Shown piece after piece: positions 13,701 to 26,055 of a stretch of DNA of 64,000 nucleotides (its first letter is position 1; each line of letters opens with the position of its first letter). Below the pieces are notes generated by a model, which saw only the letters and a program-made list of their open reading frames with translations, was not told the DNA's origin and did no database searches. Both the position numbers and the translations under genes were made by a program. Source of the stretch: Camelus dromedarius (Eukaryota); contig NC_087437.1 in assembly GCF_036321535.1 (NCBI RefSeq), forward strand, positions 80,974,001 through 81,038,000, written 5' to 3'.

Positions 13701-15245
13701 TCTGATAGATTTCCTTGCTTTGAAGTCTGCTTTGTCTGAAATTAATACAGCTATTTCTGCTTGTTCTCTTTTGATTCATGTTAGCTTAGTATATCTTTCC
13801 CCAACTATTAACTTTTAATCTGTATGTTCCTTATAAAGTAGGTTTCTTGCAGACAACATAGAGGTGGGTCTTGTTTTTTGATCCACTCTGACAATCTCTG
13901 TCTTTTAATTGGTTTATTTAGACCATTGAAGTACAAAGTGATTACTGGTATGTTTGGATTAATATTTACCATATTTGTTACTGCTTTGAGTTGTTGCCCT
14001 TTCTATTTCTGTCTTCTACTCTTTTTCTGCCTGTTATTTTAATTGAGCATTTTATATGATTCAATTTTCTCTACTTCTTAGCATATGTTATACTTAAAAA
14101 AATAATTTTAACTGGTTGCCCTAGAGCTTGAAATATACAACTAATCCATATCCATTCAAATAATACTGTATTCCTTCATGGACAGTGTATTTTATAATAA
14201 CTAAATAATGCCAATTCCTCCATTCCATCACTTGTATCATTGCTGTCATTCATTTCACTTGCTTAGAAGCATACATAAGCAAGCATACAATATGTACATA
14301 AACACACGTGGTCGAATACATTGTTGTTATTGTTATTTTGAAAACACCATTATCTGTTAGATCAATTAAGAATAAGAAAAGTAAGAGTTTCTGTTTTACT
14401 TTCACTTATTCCTTCTCTGATGGGTGGTCTACCTTTCTTTATGTTGATCTGAATTTCTGAGATGAATTTTTTCTTCTCCCTGAAGAACTTTTCTACTAAT
14501 CATTTCTTGTAAGGAGGCAACAAATTTCTCAATTTTGTTTGTGTGAGAAAGTCTTTATTTCTCCTTCATTTTTGAAGGGTAATTTCACAGAACAGAATTG
14601 TAGGTTTTTGGTTCTATTCTCTCAGCAATATAAATATTTCATTCTGCTCTTTTCTTGCCAGCATGGTTTCTGAGGAGAAGTTGGATGTAATTCTTTTTTT
14701 TTTTTCTGCTACAGGTGAGGTGTTTTTCCTCTCTGGCTTCTTTCAGGATTTTTTGTTTATCTTTGATCTTCTATCATTTGAATATGATATGCCTGGGTAT
14801 AATTTTTTTTGGCATTTATCCTGCTTGGAGTTCTCTGATCTTCCTGCAGGGTGGTTTGATGTCTGACATTAATTTGGAGAAGTTCTCACTTATTTCTGTT
14901 TCAAATATTTCTTCTATTCCTTTCTCTCTTCTCCTTCTGGTATTCCCATTTATGCATGTGTTACAATTTTGTAGTTGTCCCACAATTCAGTTTTTTTTTT
15001 TTTTCAGCCTTTCTTTTCTTTTCAGTTTTGGAAGTTTCTACTGGGATATCCTTAAGCTCAGAGATTCTTTCCTCAGCCATGTCCAGTCTGCTGATGAGTC
15101 TGTCAAAGGCCTTCTTCATTTCTGCTACAGCATTTTTTATCTCTAGCATTTCTTCTTGTTATTTTCCCCTCCTTAGGATTTTCATCTCTCTGCTTACATT
15201 GCCCGTCTGTTCTTGTATGCTGTCTACTTTATCCATTAAAGCCTT
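10725..15245 (-). mobile_element. Old L1 (L1MC1-like): 3' UTR, degenerate ORF2 and ORF1; continues at 21772
   Basis: L1MC-type 3' UTR (ttttagagcagtttgagg..gatgaacctaca). ORF 11117-11413 is ORF2 C-terminal (GIYPKELKTY..AKTWKQP). ORF 14961-15149 is the ORF1 coiled coil (LISRLDMAEERISELKD). Confidence 0.85.
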
Positions 15246-15578
15246 TGGTGGGTCTGTAGCTGATGTATTAAATTAACAATATGCAGATTACAACCTGTTG
15301 AATGAGGCACAAGCCACCCACATGAGGTTGGCATGTAGCTCCCTCAACATCCAGGCTTCCATTTTGGGGAAGTGAAAACCATGGGGATATTTTGACTGAA
15401 GTTGCAGTTTTAATACACTCATGCAAAGCAAGTAAAGTCACAAGATTTATTATTAACAAATCTCAGAAATGAGGAGAGTGGTGTGTGTTAATGAGCTAGG
15501 GGAATGGTCTTCTATCCCACGTCATAAGCAAATAGGAGAAAGGAGGCAGCACCTATCACTTATAAGGTGGTTAGGGCT

Positions 15579-17375
15579 AGTGTAATACCCTCATCTTGTA
15601 TTGCTCCTTTAATAATTATATAGTGTCCTTTTTTTTAAATCGTTATGGCCTTTGTTTTAAAATCTATTTTGTCTGAAATCAGTATTGCTACTCCTGCTTT
15701 CTTGTCATTTCCATTTGTGTGATGTATCTTTCTCCATTCTCTCACTTTCAATCTATGTGTGTCCTCCCTAAAGTGGGTCTCTTGTATGCAGCATATTGTA
15801 GGTTCTTGTTTTATTATCTAGTCTGCCGCTCTATGTCTTTTGATTGGAGCACTTAGTCCATTGACATATATGGTAATTATTGATAGATGTGTGTTTATTG
15901 CCATTTTGAACTTAGTTTTGCAGTTGATTTGGTATTTCCTTTGTTCCTTTCTTTTTCTTTTTGTGGTTTGATAATTTTCCTTTGTATTATCTTGGTTTCT
16001 TTTTAGTTTCTGTGACTCTTGTAAGCTTTTGGCTTGTGGTTACCCTGTTTTGTATGTGTGTTAACCCATTACTTTATCTGTTTTAAACTGATAGTGATAT
16101 AAGCTCAAACCCATCCTACGGAGAACAAAAAAAAAAAGAAAAAAAAAAAAAAGAAAAAGAAAGAAAGAAAAAAGAAAAAAAACCCCTATATTTTCTTGCT
16201 CCCCTCTCCCACCCTTCATGATTTTGATGTCCTCTTTAACAATGTCATGTTTATTCTGTTGTAATTCATTGTAGTTATCACCTGTCCAATTATGGTTTTC
16301 TCATTTCTGTAGCATCCTGCTTCTTTTCTATTCAGAGTAGACCTTTCAATATTTCTTTTAGCATAGGTTTAATGTTGCTAAATTCTTTTAGTTTTTGCTG
16401 TTAAGTTACTTATCTCTCCTTCTATTCTAAAGATAGCCTTGCTGGATAAAGTATTCTAGGTTGCATCTTTTTCTCATTCAGGACTTTGAATATATTTTGC
16501 CACTCCATTCTGACGAACAATGTTTGTATAGAGATATCAGCTGAAAGCCTTATGGAGGTTCCCCTTGTAACTCACTCTGTTTTTCTCTTGCTGCCTTTAG
16601 AATCATTTCTTTATCTTTAACCCTGACCATCTTGATTATAATGTGTCTTGGTGTGAGTCTGTTTGGATTCTTCTTGTTGGGACCCTCTGTGCTTTCTGTG
16701 GTTGGATATCTGATTCCTTCTTTAGGTTTGGGAAGTTTTCATTCATGGTTTCTTTGAATACCTTCTCAATCCCTTTTGCTCTTTCTTCTCCTTCTGGGAC
16801 CCCTATTATGCATAGGCTGGCATGCTTTATATCATCCTATAGGTCCCTTATATTGTTTTCATTTGTTTTTCTCTCAGCTGCTTTGATTGGGTGACTTCTG
16901 TTGTCCTGTCTTCTAAGTCACTTATTCGTTCCTCTACATTATCTAGCCTGCTTTTTACAAACTTTAGCTCAGCTCTCATCTCAGCAAATGAATTTTCCAT
17001 TTTTAATTGGCTCCTCTCTATAGTTTCAATTTCCTTTTTGACGTATTCTCTGTCTCTATTCACAATCTCTTTCAGTTCCTTCAGTACTTTGATCACTCCT
17101 TTTTTGAAATCATGATCTAGTAGACTATCAAGGTCAATTTCATTGATCGTTCTTTCAGGGGATTTCTCTTGTTCTTTAAACTGGGAGTGGTTTCTCTGCT
17201 TCTTCATTTTACTTTTATCTCTCTGGCACTATGGATTATGGAGTATCAGTTATCTACTGTGGTCCTGAAGGGTTTTGTTTGTTTGTTTAATTAATTAATT
17301 AATTTGTAGTGGATGCAGAAGTAAAACAAACAAACAAAGAACCAAAACAAAACAACACCAAGAACAACAGAAAAG
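15579..17375 (-). mobile_element. Young L1, ORF1 plus start of ORF2 endonuclease (3'-truncated); its 5' UTR is at 20098-21602
   Basis: ORF1 N-terminus at 16848-17207, an A/T-rich inter-ORF spacer at ~16125-16180, and EN motif KKAGVAILISDKIDFK on the minus strand at ~15655-15705. Confidence 0.9.
16848..17207 (-). pseudogene. L1 ORF1p N-terminal coiled-coil remnant
   Basis: MKKQRNHSQFKEQEKSPE...SRLDNVEERISDLEDR; frame lost after 119 aa. Confidence 0.9.
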
Positions 17376-20097
17376 TTTTTAACATTTTTTATTGATTTAT
17401 AATAATTTTACAATGTTGTGTCAAATTCTAGTGTAGAGCACAAGTTTTCAGTTATACATGAACATATATATATTCATTGTCACATTTTTTTCTCTGTGAC
17501 CCACCATAAGATCTTGTATATATTTCCCTGTGCTATATAGTAAAATCTTGTTTATCTATTCTACATTTTGAAATCCCATCTATCCCTTCCCACCGCCCGC
17601 CCCCTTGGCAACCACAAGTTTGTATTCTATATCTATGAGTCTGTTTCTGTTTTGTATTTATGTTTTGTTTGTTTGTTTGTTGTTTTTAGATTCCACATAT
17701 GAGTGATCTCGTATGGTATTTTTCTTTCTCTTTCTGGCTTACTTCACTTAGAATGACATTCTCCAGGAACATCCATGTTGCTGCAAATGGCATTATGTTG
17801 TTGGTTTTTATGGCTGAGTAGTATTCCATTGTATAAACATACCACATCTTCTTTATCCAATCATCTGTTGATGGACATTTAGGCTGTCTCCATGTCTTGG
17901 CTATTGTAAATAGTGCTGCTATGAACATTGGGGTGCAGGTGTCATTTTGGAGTAGGGTTCCTTCTGGATATAAGCCCAGGAGCAGGATTCCTGGGTCATA
18001 TGGAAAGTCTATTCCTAGTCTTTTGAGGAATCTCCATACTGTTTTCCACAGAGGTTGCACCAAACTGCATTCCCACCAGCAGTGTAGGAGGGTTCCTTTT
18101 TCTCCACAGCCACTCCAGCATTTGTCATTTGTGGATTTTTGAATGATGGCCATTCTGACTGGTGTGAGGTGATACCTCATTGTAGTTTTGATTTGCATTT
18201 CTCTGATAATTAGTGATATTGAGCATTTTTTCATGTACCTATTGATCATTTGTATGTCTTCCTTGGGGAATTGCTTGTTTAGGACTTCTGCCCACTTTTG
18301 GATTGGGTTGTTTGGTTGTTTCTTATTAAGTCATATGAGCTGCTTATATTCTGGAGATCAAGCCTTTGTCGGTTTCATTTGCAAAAATTTTCTCCCATTT
18401 CGTAGGTTGTCATTTTGTTTTACTTATGGTTTCCTTTACTGTGTAGAAGTTTGTAACTTTTATTAGGTCCCATTTGTTTATTCTTGCTTTTATTTCTATT
18501 GCTTGGGTAGACTGTTCTAGGAGAACATCTTTGAGATGTATGTCAGATAATGTTTTGCCTATATTTTCTTCTAGGAGGTTTAGTGTATCTTGTCTTATGT
18601 TTAAATCTTTGATCCATTTGGAGTTTATTTTTGTGTATGGTGTAAGGGAGTATTCTAGCTTCATTGCTTTACACGCTGCTGTCCAGTTTTCCCAGCACCA
18701 TTTTCTGAAGAGACTGTCTTTATTCCATTGTATATTCTTGCCTCCTTTGTTGAAGATTAGTTGACCAAAAGTTTGTGGGTTCATTTCTGGGCTCTCTGTT
18801 CTGTTCCATTGGTCTATATGTCTGTTTTTGTACCAATACTATGCTGTCTTGATGACTATAGCTCTATAGTATTGTCTGAAGTCTGGGAGAGTTATTCCTC
18901 TAGCCTCTTTCTTTCTCTTCAGTAATGCTTTGGAATTCTAGGTCTTTGACGGTTCCATATAAATTTTATTATGATTTGTTCTAGTTCTGTGAAATATGTC
19001 CTGGGTAATTTGATAGGGATTGCATTAAATCTGTAGATTGCCTTGGGCAGTGTGACCATTTTAACAATATTGATTCTTCCAATCCAAGAGCATGGGATAT
19101 CTTTCCACTTTTTAAAGTCTCCTTTAATTTCCTTCATCAGTGGTTTATAGTTTTCTGTGTATAATTCTTTCACCTCCTTGGTTAGATTTATTCCTAGGTA
19201 TTTTATTACTTTGGGTGCTATTTTAAAGGGGATTGTTTCTTTATTTTCTTTTTCTGTTGATTTATCATTAGTGTAAAGAAATGCAACTGATTTTTGAACG
19301 TTAATCTTGTAACCTGCTACCTTGCTGAATTCTTCGATCAGCTGTAGTAGTTTTAGGGTTTTCTATATATAGTAACATGTCATTGGCATATAGTGACAGT
19401 TTTACCTCTTCTTTTCCAGTTTGGATCCCTTTTATTTCTCTCTCTTGTCTGATTGCTGTGGCTAGGACTTCCAAGACTATGTTGAATAGGAGTGGTGATA
19501 GTGGGCATCCTTGTCTTGTCCCAGATTTTAGTGGGAAGCTTTTGAGTTTTTCACCATTGAGTACTATGCTGGCTGTAGGTTTGTCATATATAGCTTTTAT
19601 TATGTTGAGATACATTCCCTCTATACCCATTTTGGTGAGAGTTTTTATTATAAATGGGTGTTGAATTTTATCAAATGCTTTTCCTACATCTATTGAGATG
19701 ATCATGTGTTTTTTGTCCTTTCTCTTGTTAGTGTGATGTATTACATTGATTGATTTGCATATGCTGAACCACCCTTGTGTCCCTGGGAAGAACCCCACTT
19801 GGTCATGATGTATAATCTTTTTTATGTGCTGTTGGATTCTAGTTGCTAATATTTTGGTGAGGATTTTGCAATCTATGTTCATCAGTGATATTTGCCTATA
19901 ATTCTCTTTTTTTGTAGTGTCTTTGCCTGGTTTTGGTATCAGGGTGATGGTGGCTTCATAGAATGAGTTTGGGAGTATTCCCTCCTTTTCAATCTTCTGG
20001 AAGAGTTTGAGAATTACTGGTATGAGTTCTTTGTATGTTTGGTAGAATTCCCTGGTGAAGCCATCTGGTCCTGGACTTTTATTTGTAGGGAGATTTT
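17376..20097 (-). mobile_element. Young 5'-truncated L1 (ORF2 RT to poly-A) nested in the 5' UTR of another L1
   Basis: Begins at [15 protein letters not shown], includes RT and C-terminal domains, 3' UTR and a T-rich tail at ~17376-17392. Confidence 0.95.
17686..19882 (-). pseudogene. L1 ORF2p remnants (RT, cysteine-rich and C-terminal domains), frameshifted
   Basis: ORFs 19301-19882 ([33 protein letters not shown] replacing catalytic F/YADDM), 18919-19173, 18410-18784, 17686-18249 (HCWWEC). Confidence 0.95.
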
Positions 20098-21602
20098 TTA
20101 TCTACTGTGGTCCTGAAGGGGTTTGTTTGTTTGTTTAATTAATTAATTAATTAATTTGTAGAGGATGCAGAAGTAAAGCCAAAAAAACCCCAAAAAAACA
20201 AAAAAGCAAAAACCCCAAAACACCAAGAACAACAGAAAATTTTCTTTAAAAATTTAAAAGAAAAGATTTGAAAACAAAAGTATAATCAATAACCAAAGAA
20301 CAAAACAAAGAGAAATAAAAATCAAACTGAGAGAAATTAAACAAATCAATTAAAAATTTTAAAAGAAAAAAATTTAAAGGGGATTTAGAAAGTAAAAAGA
20401 ATAAGTAATTTTAAAAATTAAGAAAAAAGAGAAAAGAAGAAAAAGGAGGATGTGTTCCTATGTTGACTGTTCGCTCCTAATAATTTTGCTGCGAGGTCCT
20501 TTTGAAACATGGGTGGTTGCCAAGTCTTCCTTCTATGCCTTTTGTCTGTTACCCCTTTGCTTGGGGGTGTGGCTGGTATTGTGGCCACAGCCTGCCCCAG
20601 CTATTGAGCGGGGGCCTCCTTACTGAGCGGGTTTTGTGGTTGTTACTGCTCCTGCCCTGGTCTGCTTCACAAACTCTGCTCGCTGTTTCCAGAGGGCCTC
20701 AGGTCACGCCCCAGTTTGTGCAGCTCCCAGCTGTTGCAGCGCGCAGTAGGTGGGCAGGTTGCACCCCCCTCCCAGTGCTGCGTCCTGGCACAGCACCCGT
20801 GCACCGTATGAGCCCCTGTTCAGTGCCGCTTCCCGCACCGCCTCGCGTCCATGCGTCGTCTGTGCTCGGTAGGCGGGGTCGCAGGAAACCAGCCTACCAG
20901 CCACACCAGCCCTCGCCGCGCTGTGTGCCGGAACTCCACTGCCTGTAGGTGTGTCTTAGAGGCTCGAGTTCACCGAGGCACGGGGCAGAATGGTCCCCTC
21001 TGCCTGGGGCTATAAACAAATCTCAGTCCTGCCTTTGAGACTGTGGGGCCACTAGGTAAGGATTTGGGTTTCAACCCCACCTCCGCCTGGGAGCTGCACA
21101 CCGGAGAATATGGCGGACGCGGCTGAGCCCCGCCCCTCTTCTCCAGAGAACAGGCCGGCAACGGTGCGGCCGCTCTGCCGAGACGAAGGCTGTGGCACCC
21201 CTCCTCCCAGGGCACATCAGCAGTGTTGCTTGGCTTTTTTTTTTTTGTATTTTATAGGGGACCCAGGCTGTTCTGCTCTGTATCTCCTCAGGGCTGTGGC
21301 ACACAGCACACTGCAGTGCCCCAAGGTTGCCTCTGTACAGCCAGCTCCAGTCCTCCACCCGGCTTGGGCAGCCTGACGCGTCCCACCCCTGCCGGTTCAT
21401 GTCTAGGGCTGGGGGGTCGCAGGGACCCTTTGTGCTTGTTTAACTTAGTTCTGTCGGTCAAGGGCTATTCTGTACAGATCCAAGCCTTGGAAGTTCCCCC
21501 TCTGTCCTGCTGAAGGTGGGTCCGTGGATGTGAGTTTGGTGTATTTCTGGGAGACAGTGAGCTGCGAGCGTCCTTCTACTCCGCCATCTTGGCTGCCTCC
21601 CT
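20098..21602 (-). promoter_or_regulatory. L1 5' UTR with CpG-rich internal promoter and YY1 site at the element start
   Basis: CpG-dense from ~20560 to 21600. Minus strand starts agggaggcagccaagatggcggagtag, with the canonical L1 YY1 motif CAAGATGGCG (21582-21591). Confidence 0.85.
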
Positions 21603-21771
21603 CTAAGTAGTTATTTTAAAAGGTGCTCTGGGAAAATCTCAGTAGAAAATTGTGGCAGGAATCCTAAGCACAAGTCCTTATCTAAATGTCCAGACTCTGG
21701 GTATGAGAGTGGTTGTTATACTGTTGAAATAGTTGAGACAAGCAACTCAAAATAGCTGTTTTCTCATCACA

Positions 21772-22726
21772 AGTCTTTAGCATAGAAATTATAGTTGTTT
21801 TAAGTGGCTGGTCTGATAATTCCAAATCCCTGCCATGTTTACTTTTAATACTTGCTCTATCTCTTCTATTTTTTTGCATTTTAGTATGTCTTGTAATTAA
21901 AAAAAAAATAGCCAGCTATGATGTACTAGATGAAAGGAACTACTGTAAATAGGCCTTTAGTAGCATGGGGATAAGATATGGGGAAAGGGGGAGCATTCTA
22001 TAGTCCAGTGATTAGGTCTCAGTCTTTTAGTGAACTTGTCTTTCTGGACTGTGAACTTCACAAATGCTTCTTTTCCCCAACCTTAGGTGAAACAGTATGG
22101 CCTGAGCAGTCCGGGGATTCCCCTTCTCCCACATGGAAGACTAGAGACGGCTGGAGTTGTGCATTTCTTTTCCGCCAGGTCAGTTGGGCTCTGATAAAAC
22201 TTTAGCAGGTTAGTCTCTAGTAAAATAGTTTCTCTCGAGGGCAGACCTTATTAAAAAGAACAGCATGTTCTGGGCTGGTTCACATTGGTTCCTTTCCCTG
22301 TACCCTGCTGGAAGCATATGGGGATTTTTTTCCCTCTGGTATTTACTATAAGAACCTGGTCAATATCCTAGAGATAAACCCATGAAAATATGAGGCTCCC
22401 CTATGACAGATCTTCCTCAAGTGTTTTACTGTCCAATTTGTTCACTCAGAGCCTCCAACAATTCATCAATTATAGTTCTGGTTTTTCTACCATAGCACTG
22501 GTTCCTGTAGAGATTTCAGCTTGTGAGTTTCTGCCTTGTAAGTTGTGCTTGTCTGAATTCACTTTGTCAGTCTTTCCAATTTGAGGGGCACAGTTTGCCC
22601 CATGGTTTTGCTTCTCTTGTTCATCTAAGAAAATTTGTTAATATTGCAATTTGTTCGACTTTTTATTTGTTGTTAGGATGGAGTAGTGACTTCTAAACTC
22701 CTATGTTATACCAGAAACCAGAAGTC
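21772..22726 (-). mobile_element. 5' part of the old L1MC-like element begun at 10725
   Basis: Resumes (ctttagcatag..atagttgtttta) where 15245 stopped and ends ccagaaaccagaagtc, resembling an L1M 5' terminus. Confidence 0.7.
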
Positions 22727-22849
22727 TTGAATTCTCTTTTCTTATACTACACCAGTGCCTTAAGACTATTTCCTGTTTCAGTTTGCTGCATATTTAGAAT
22801 GTGACTTGTTGAAAGGAGGAAGCTTTGTGATTCTTATCCTGCATTATAT

Positions 22850-24212
22850 TTTGAAACTGAGACTTAATTCACACATCATAAAATTTAACCTTTTAAAATA
22901 TTCAATTCAGTGGCTTTCAATGGCTTTTAGTACATTTACAAAGTTGTGCAACCATCACCACTATCTAATTTCAGAATATTTTCACTCCAAAAAGAAACTT
23001 GTTTAGCAGTCATTCCACATTCCTCTCTACCCCAGATGCCGGCAACCGTTAATTTACTTTCTGTTTTTGGATTTGTCTATTTTGGGCATTTCATATAAAT
23101 AGAATCATACTATAATATGGGTTTTTGTGTCAGGATTCTTTGACTTAGCGAGATATTTACACCCATGTTGCGGCATGCTCATACATATTGTAGCATGAAT
23201 CAGTATTTCATTAGTTTTGTGACTAAATACTATTCCATTGGATGGATATACTATATTATGTCTATCTGTTGATCAGTTGATGGGAAATTTGGATTATTTC
23301 CATGTTTTGGCTATTACAAATATTGTTGCTATGTATATTTGTATAAGTTTTGGTATAAACATAGGTTTTAATTTCTCTTGGAATCGAATTGTGCAGTCAT
23401 ATAACTCTGTTTAACCTTTTAGTAACTAATTGTTTTCCAAAGCAGCCGCATCATTTTACAATCCCACCAGCATTGTTTGAGGGTTCTAGTTCTCCACACT
23501 CCCACTAACACTTGTTCTTGTCTCTTTTTTCAACTATAGTCATCCTAGTGGGTGTGAGGTGGTAACCCACTGTGGTTTTGATTGGCATTATGCTAACGAC
23601 TAATGACATTGAACATCTATCTTTTTTGCATTTCTTGGACATTTCTGTATCTTCTTTGGAGAAATTTCCGTTCAGATGCTTTGTGCATTTTTTTTGAGGG
23701 GGGAGGTAATTAGCTTTATTTATTTATTTATTTTTAGAAGAGGGACTGAGGATTGAACCCAGGACTTTGTGCATGCTAAGCATGTGTTCTAGCACTTGAG
23801 CTATACCCTCCCTGTTCTTTGTGCGTTTTTAAATGGGTTGTCTTAATGATAAAATGTTAAAAGGGTTTTTTTTTTAAATATATATTCTAGATACTAGTTT
23901 CTTATCAGATGTATGATTTGCTTTTCTGTGGATTGTCTTTTCATCTTCTTGATAATGTCTTTTGAAGCACAAAATTTCTAATTTTAATCAAGTCCAATTT
24001 ATCTATTTTTTTCTTTTGTCATTTGTGCTTTTGGTTTCATGTCTATGAAACCATTGTCTAATCCACGGTCACAGAAATCACACCTCTGTTTTCATCCAAG
24101 AATTTTACAGTTTTATCTCTTAGGTCTTTGATTCATTTTGGGTTAATTTTTATATATTGTGTGAGATAGATGTCCAACTTCATTCTTTGGCATGTGAGCA
24201 TCTAATTGTCCC
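22850..24212 (-). mobile_element. L1MB-like 3' fragment
   Basis: aattcacacatcataaaatttaaccttttaaa..aagttgtgcaaccatcaccactatctaatttcagaa 3' UTR followed by ORF2 antisense sequence. Confidence 0.8.
23691..23812 (-). mobile_element. tRNA-derived SINE (camelid Vic-1-like)
   Basis: Minus strand gggagggtatagctcaagtg (A box) and gggttcaatcc (B box). TSD ctttgtgcattttt / ctttgtgcgttttt. Confidence 0.9.
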
Positions 24213-24630
24213 ACTGGGTGAGCTCTGAGTAAGGTCAAATAAGGACATCTTTGTAAGTGGGGTCTTCCAGGGGATGACCAGACAGGTCAGAGAATGACAA
24301 TTCTCTGTGCGGGGGGGGGGGGGGGGCATGGAGTGGGTTCCAGGTTTCTGGTTTTCACCGTGATCATGGTTGCTGGTTTTCAAGGATGCTGCAGAGCTGG
24401 AGAGTGGGCGATGAGAATAGGGCAAGTTAAAGTGCTACAAAACTCAGTATATTTACTGATATCCAGTCACTCGTTTTGAGTAAATGCTCCTTGGATTACT
24501 TCAAGGCTTTGGTTAATTTCAAGAGTTCTAAAAAAGTTGATTTTGGCATGTTTCACCAGTGTTCTCATTGCTTTTATGAAGGAAAGCTTTTTCAGATGTC
24601 CTTACTCTGCCATTTTTCACTGATGTCATC
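24213..24630 (-). mobile_element. Old L1 (L1M) 5'-UTR-like segment
   Basis: Ends ...ccttactctgccatttttcactgatgtcatc, resembling recalled L1MB/L1M4 5' ends. Confidence 0.5.
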
Positions 24631-25024
24631 CCTGCTCTAGTAGTTCTTTATTACATTCTTACCATTTTCTAATCTCTTAGTCATATTGAGTCTCTGCCCC
24701 TCACCCACTTTGGAGATCGAAGTCTGTCCTCCTTATCCAGTCTTTTGACATTCTCCCTGAGCCTACAGCATGGATTTGATCCTGATTCTGGATTGGATCC
24801 ACTGTTTTCTAGATATAGTACCTTGTTCTGTCTTTCTTTGATCTTCATTTTTCTGAAAAAGATTCTTAAGTAATTTCTTGAGAAGGTGATACATGAAAAG
24901 AAACAGGTGTGTATTCTCGTGTTTGTGAAATATCTTGTTCTTGCCTTGACCCTTGATTGTTTGGCTAAGTATTGAATTTTAGGTTTAAACCTTTTCCTCA
25001 AAAATTTGAGGGTACTGATCCTTT

Positions 25025-25520
25025 CTGTTTCTCTCATCTATTGCCACAACAATGATGCATAACAAAGTACCTTAAATATAGTAGCTTAAACACATCCAAA
25101 CATTTATTACTGCTCCCAATTGCATGAGTTGTCTGGGCAATTCTTTTGGTCTCAGCTGAGATCCTTATGAGTTTGTGGTTAGCTGAGAGTAGCTATGTGA
25201 CTGCTGATTTTAAATGGAATCATATATTTGGGGGATTGACTAGCTGTAGGCTGATCTAAGATGACTTTATCTGGAGTGACTTAGCTGTTTTCCATGTCGC
25301 TCTCTTATTTTCCCTGCAAGCTGGCTTGAATATGTTCTCATGATAGTGGCAGGGGTCCAAGAGAAAAACGACATAATAGAAGCTCCTTTTCAAATCTCTT
25401 TTGCTAACACCCCATTGTTCAAAGTAACTCATGTGGTTGAACTAAGAGTCAGGTGATAGAAGACTACAAACTTACTAAGCAAAGGGTTTGATACAGTGAG
25501 ATTATTATTTTGAGCCATTA
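25025..25520 (-). mobile_element. MaLR LTR (MLT1H/I/J-like) inside degenerate old L1 sequence (~24640-26400)
   Basis: tctattgccacaacaatgatgcataacaaa..gcttaaa..catttatta motif typical of the MLT1 antisense strand. Confidence 0.6.
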
Positions 25521-25950
25521 ATGCACTTAATTTATCAGTGTTCTAGCACACAATGTTGCTGATGAGAAGTCTGGTGCCAGTCTAACTCTTGTTCTTTTGT
25601 TCTTGTTTTAAGATTTACTCTATCCTTGATCTAAAATTTCACAATAGCATATCCAGGTACATTTTTAAAAAATATTATTAAGAAATAATTTTAATGTATA
25701 CTTGGTGGGTCCTTTCAGTTTGAAGATGTGTCCTTAAACTCTGAAATTATCCCCTTTGATAACTTTTCTTCTCACCATTTTCTTTTTGCTTTTTGAGGTT
25801 TCTGTTAATTGAATCTACTGGATTGGTTCTCCATGTCTCCTGTCTTTGCTATGGTCCATATCTTTGTCTTCTTATTCTGGGAGATTACTAAAAGTTTGTT
25901 TTCCAGTCATCATACTAAATATTTTATTTTGGCCACTTAAATTTTTTTCT

Positions 25951-26055
25951 AAGAATGTGAAAAAGTATATATATATATTTTTCATGTTCATTCACTATGC
26001 TGTATACCAGAAACTAACACAACATTGTAAGCTATACTTCAATAAAAAAAAATTT
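25951..26055 (+). mobile_element. Tiny L1 3'-terminal insertion
   Basis: tgctgtataccagaaactaacacaacattgtaagctatacttcaataaaaaaaaa; flanking aaattt..ttctaa repeats. Confidence 0.75.

Larger units (their letters stand above)
15246..21771 (-). mobile_element. LTR-like element inserted in the old L1 and itself split by younger L1s (LTR parts ~15246-15578 and ~21603-21771)
   Basis: TG...CA termini, flanking direct repeat agcctt (15240-15245) / agtctt (21772-21777), tttatt (minus-strand AATAAA) at ~15446. The old L1 resumes in register afterwards. Family not identified. Confidence 0.6.

Noticed and set aside
20500..21602. CpG island as a host gene promoter, and its overlapping ORFs
   Set aside because: Explained as the L1 5' UTR with its terminal YY1 site; the ORFs reflect GC richness.
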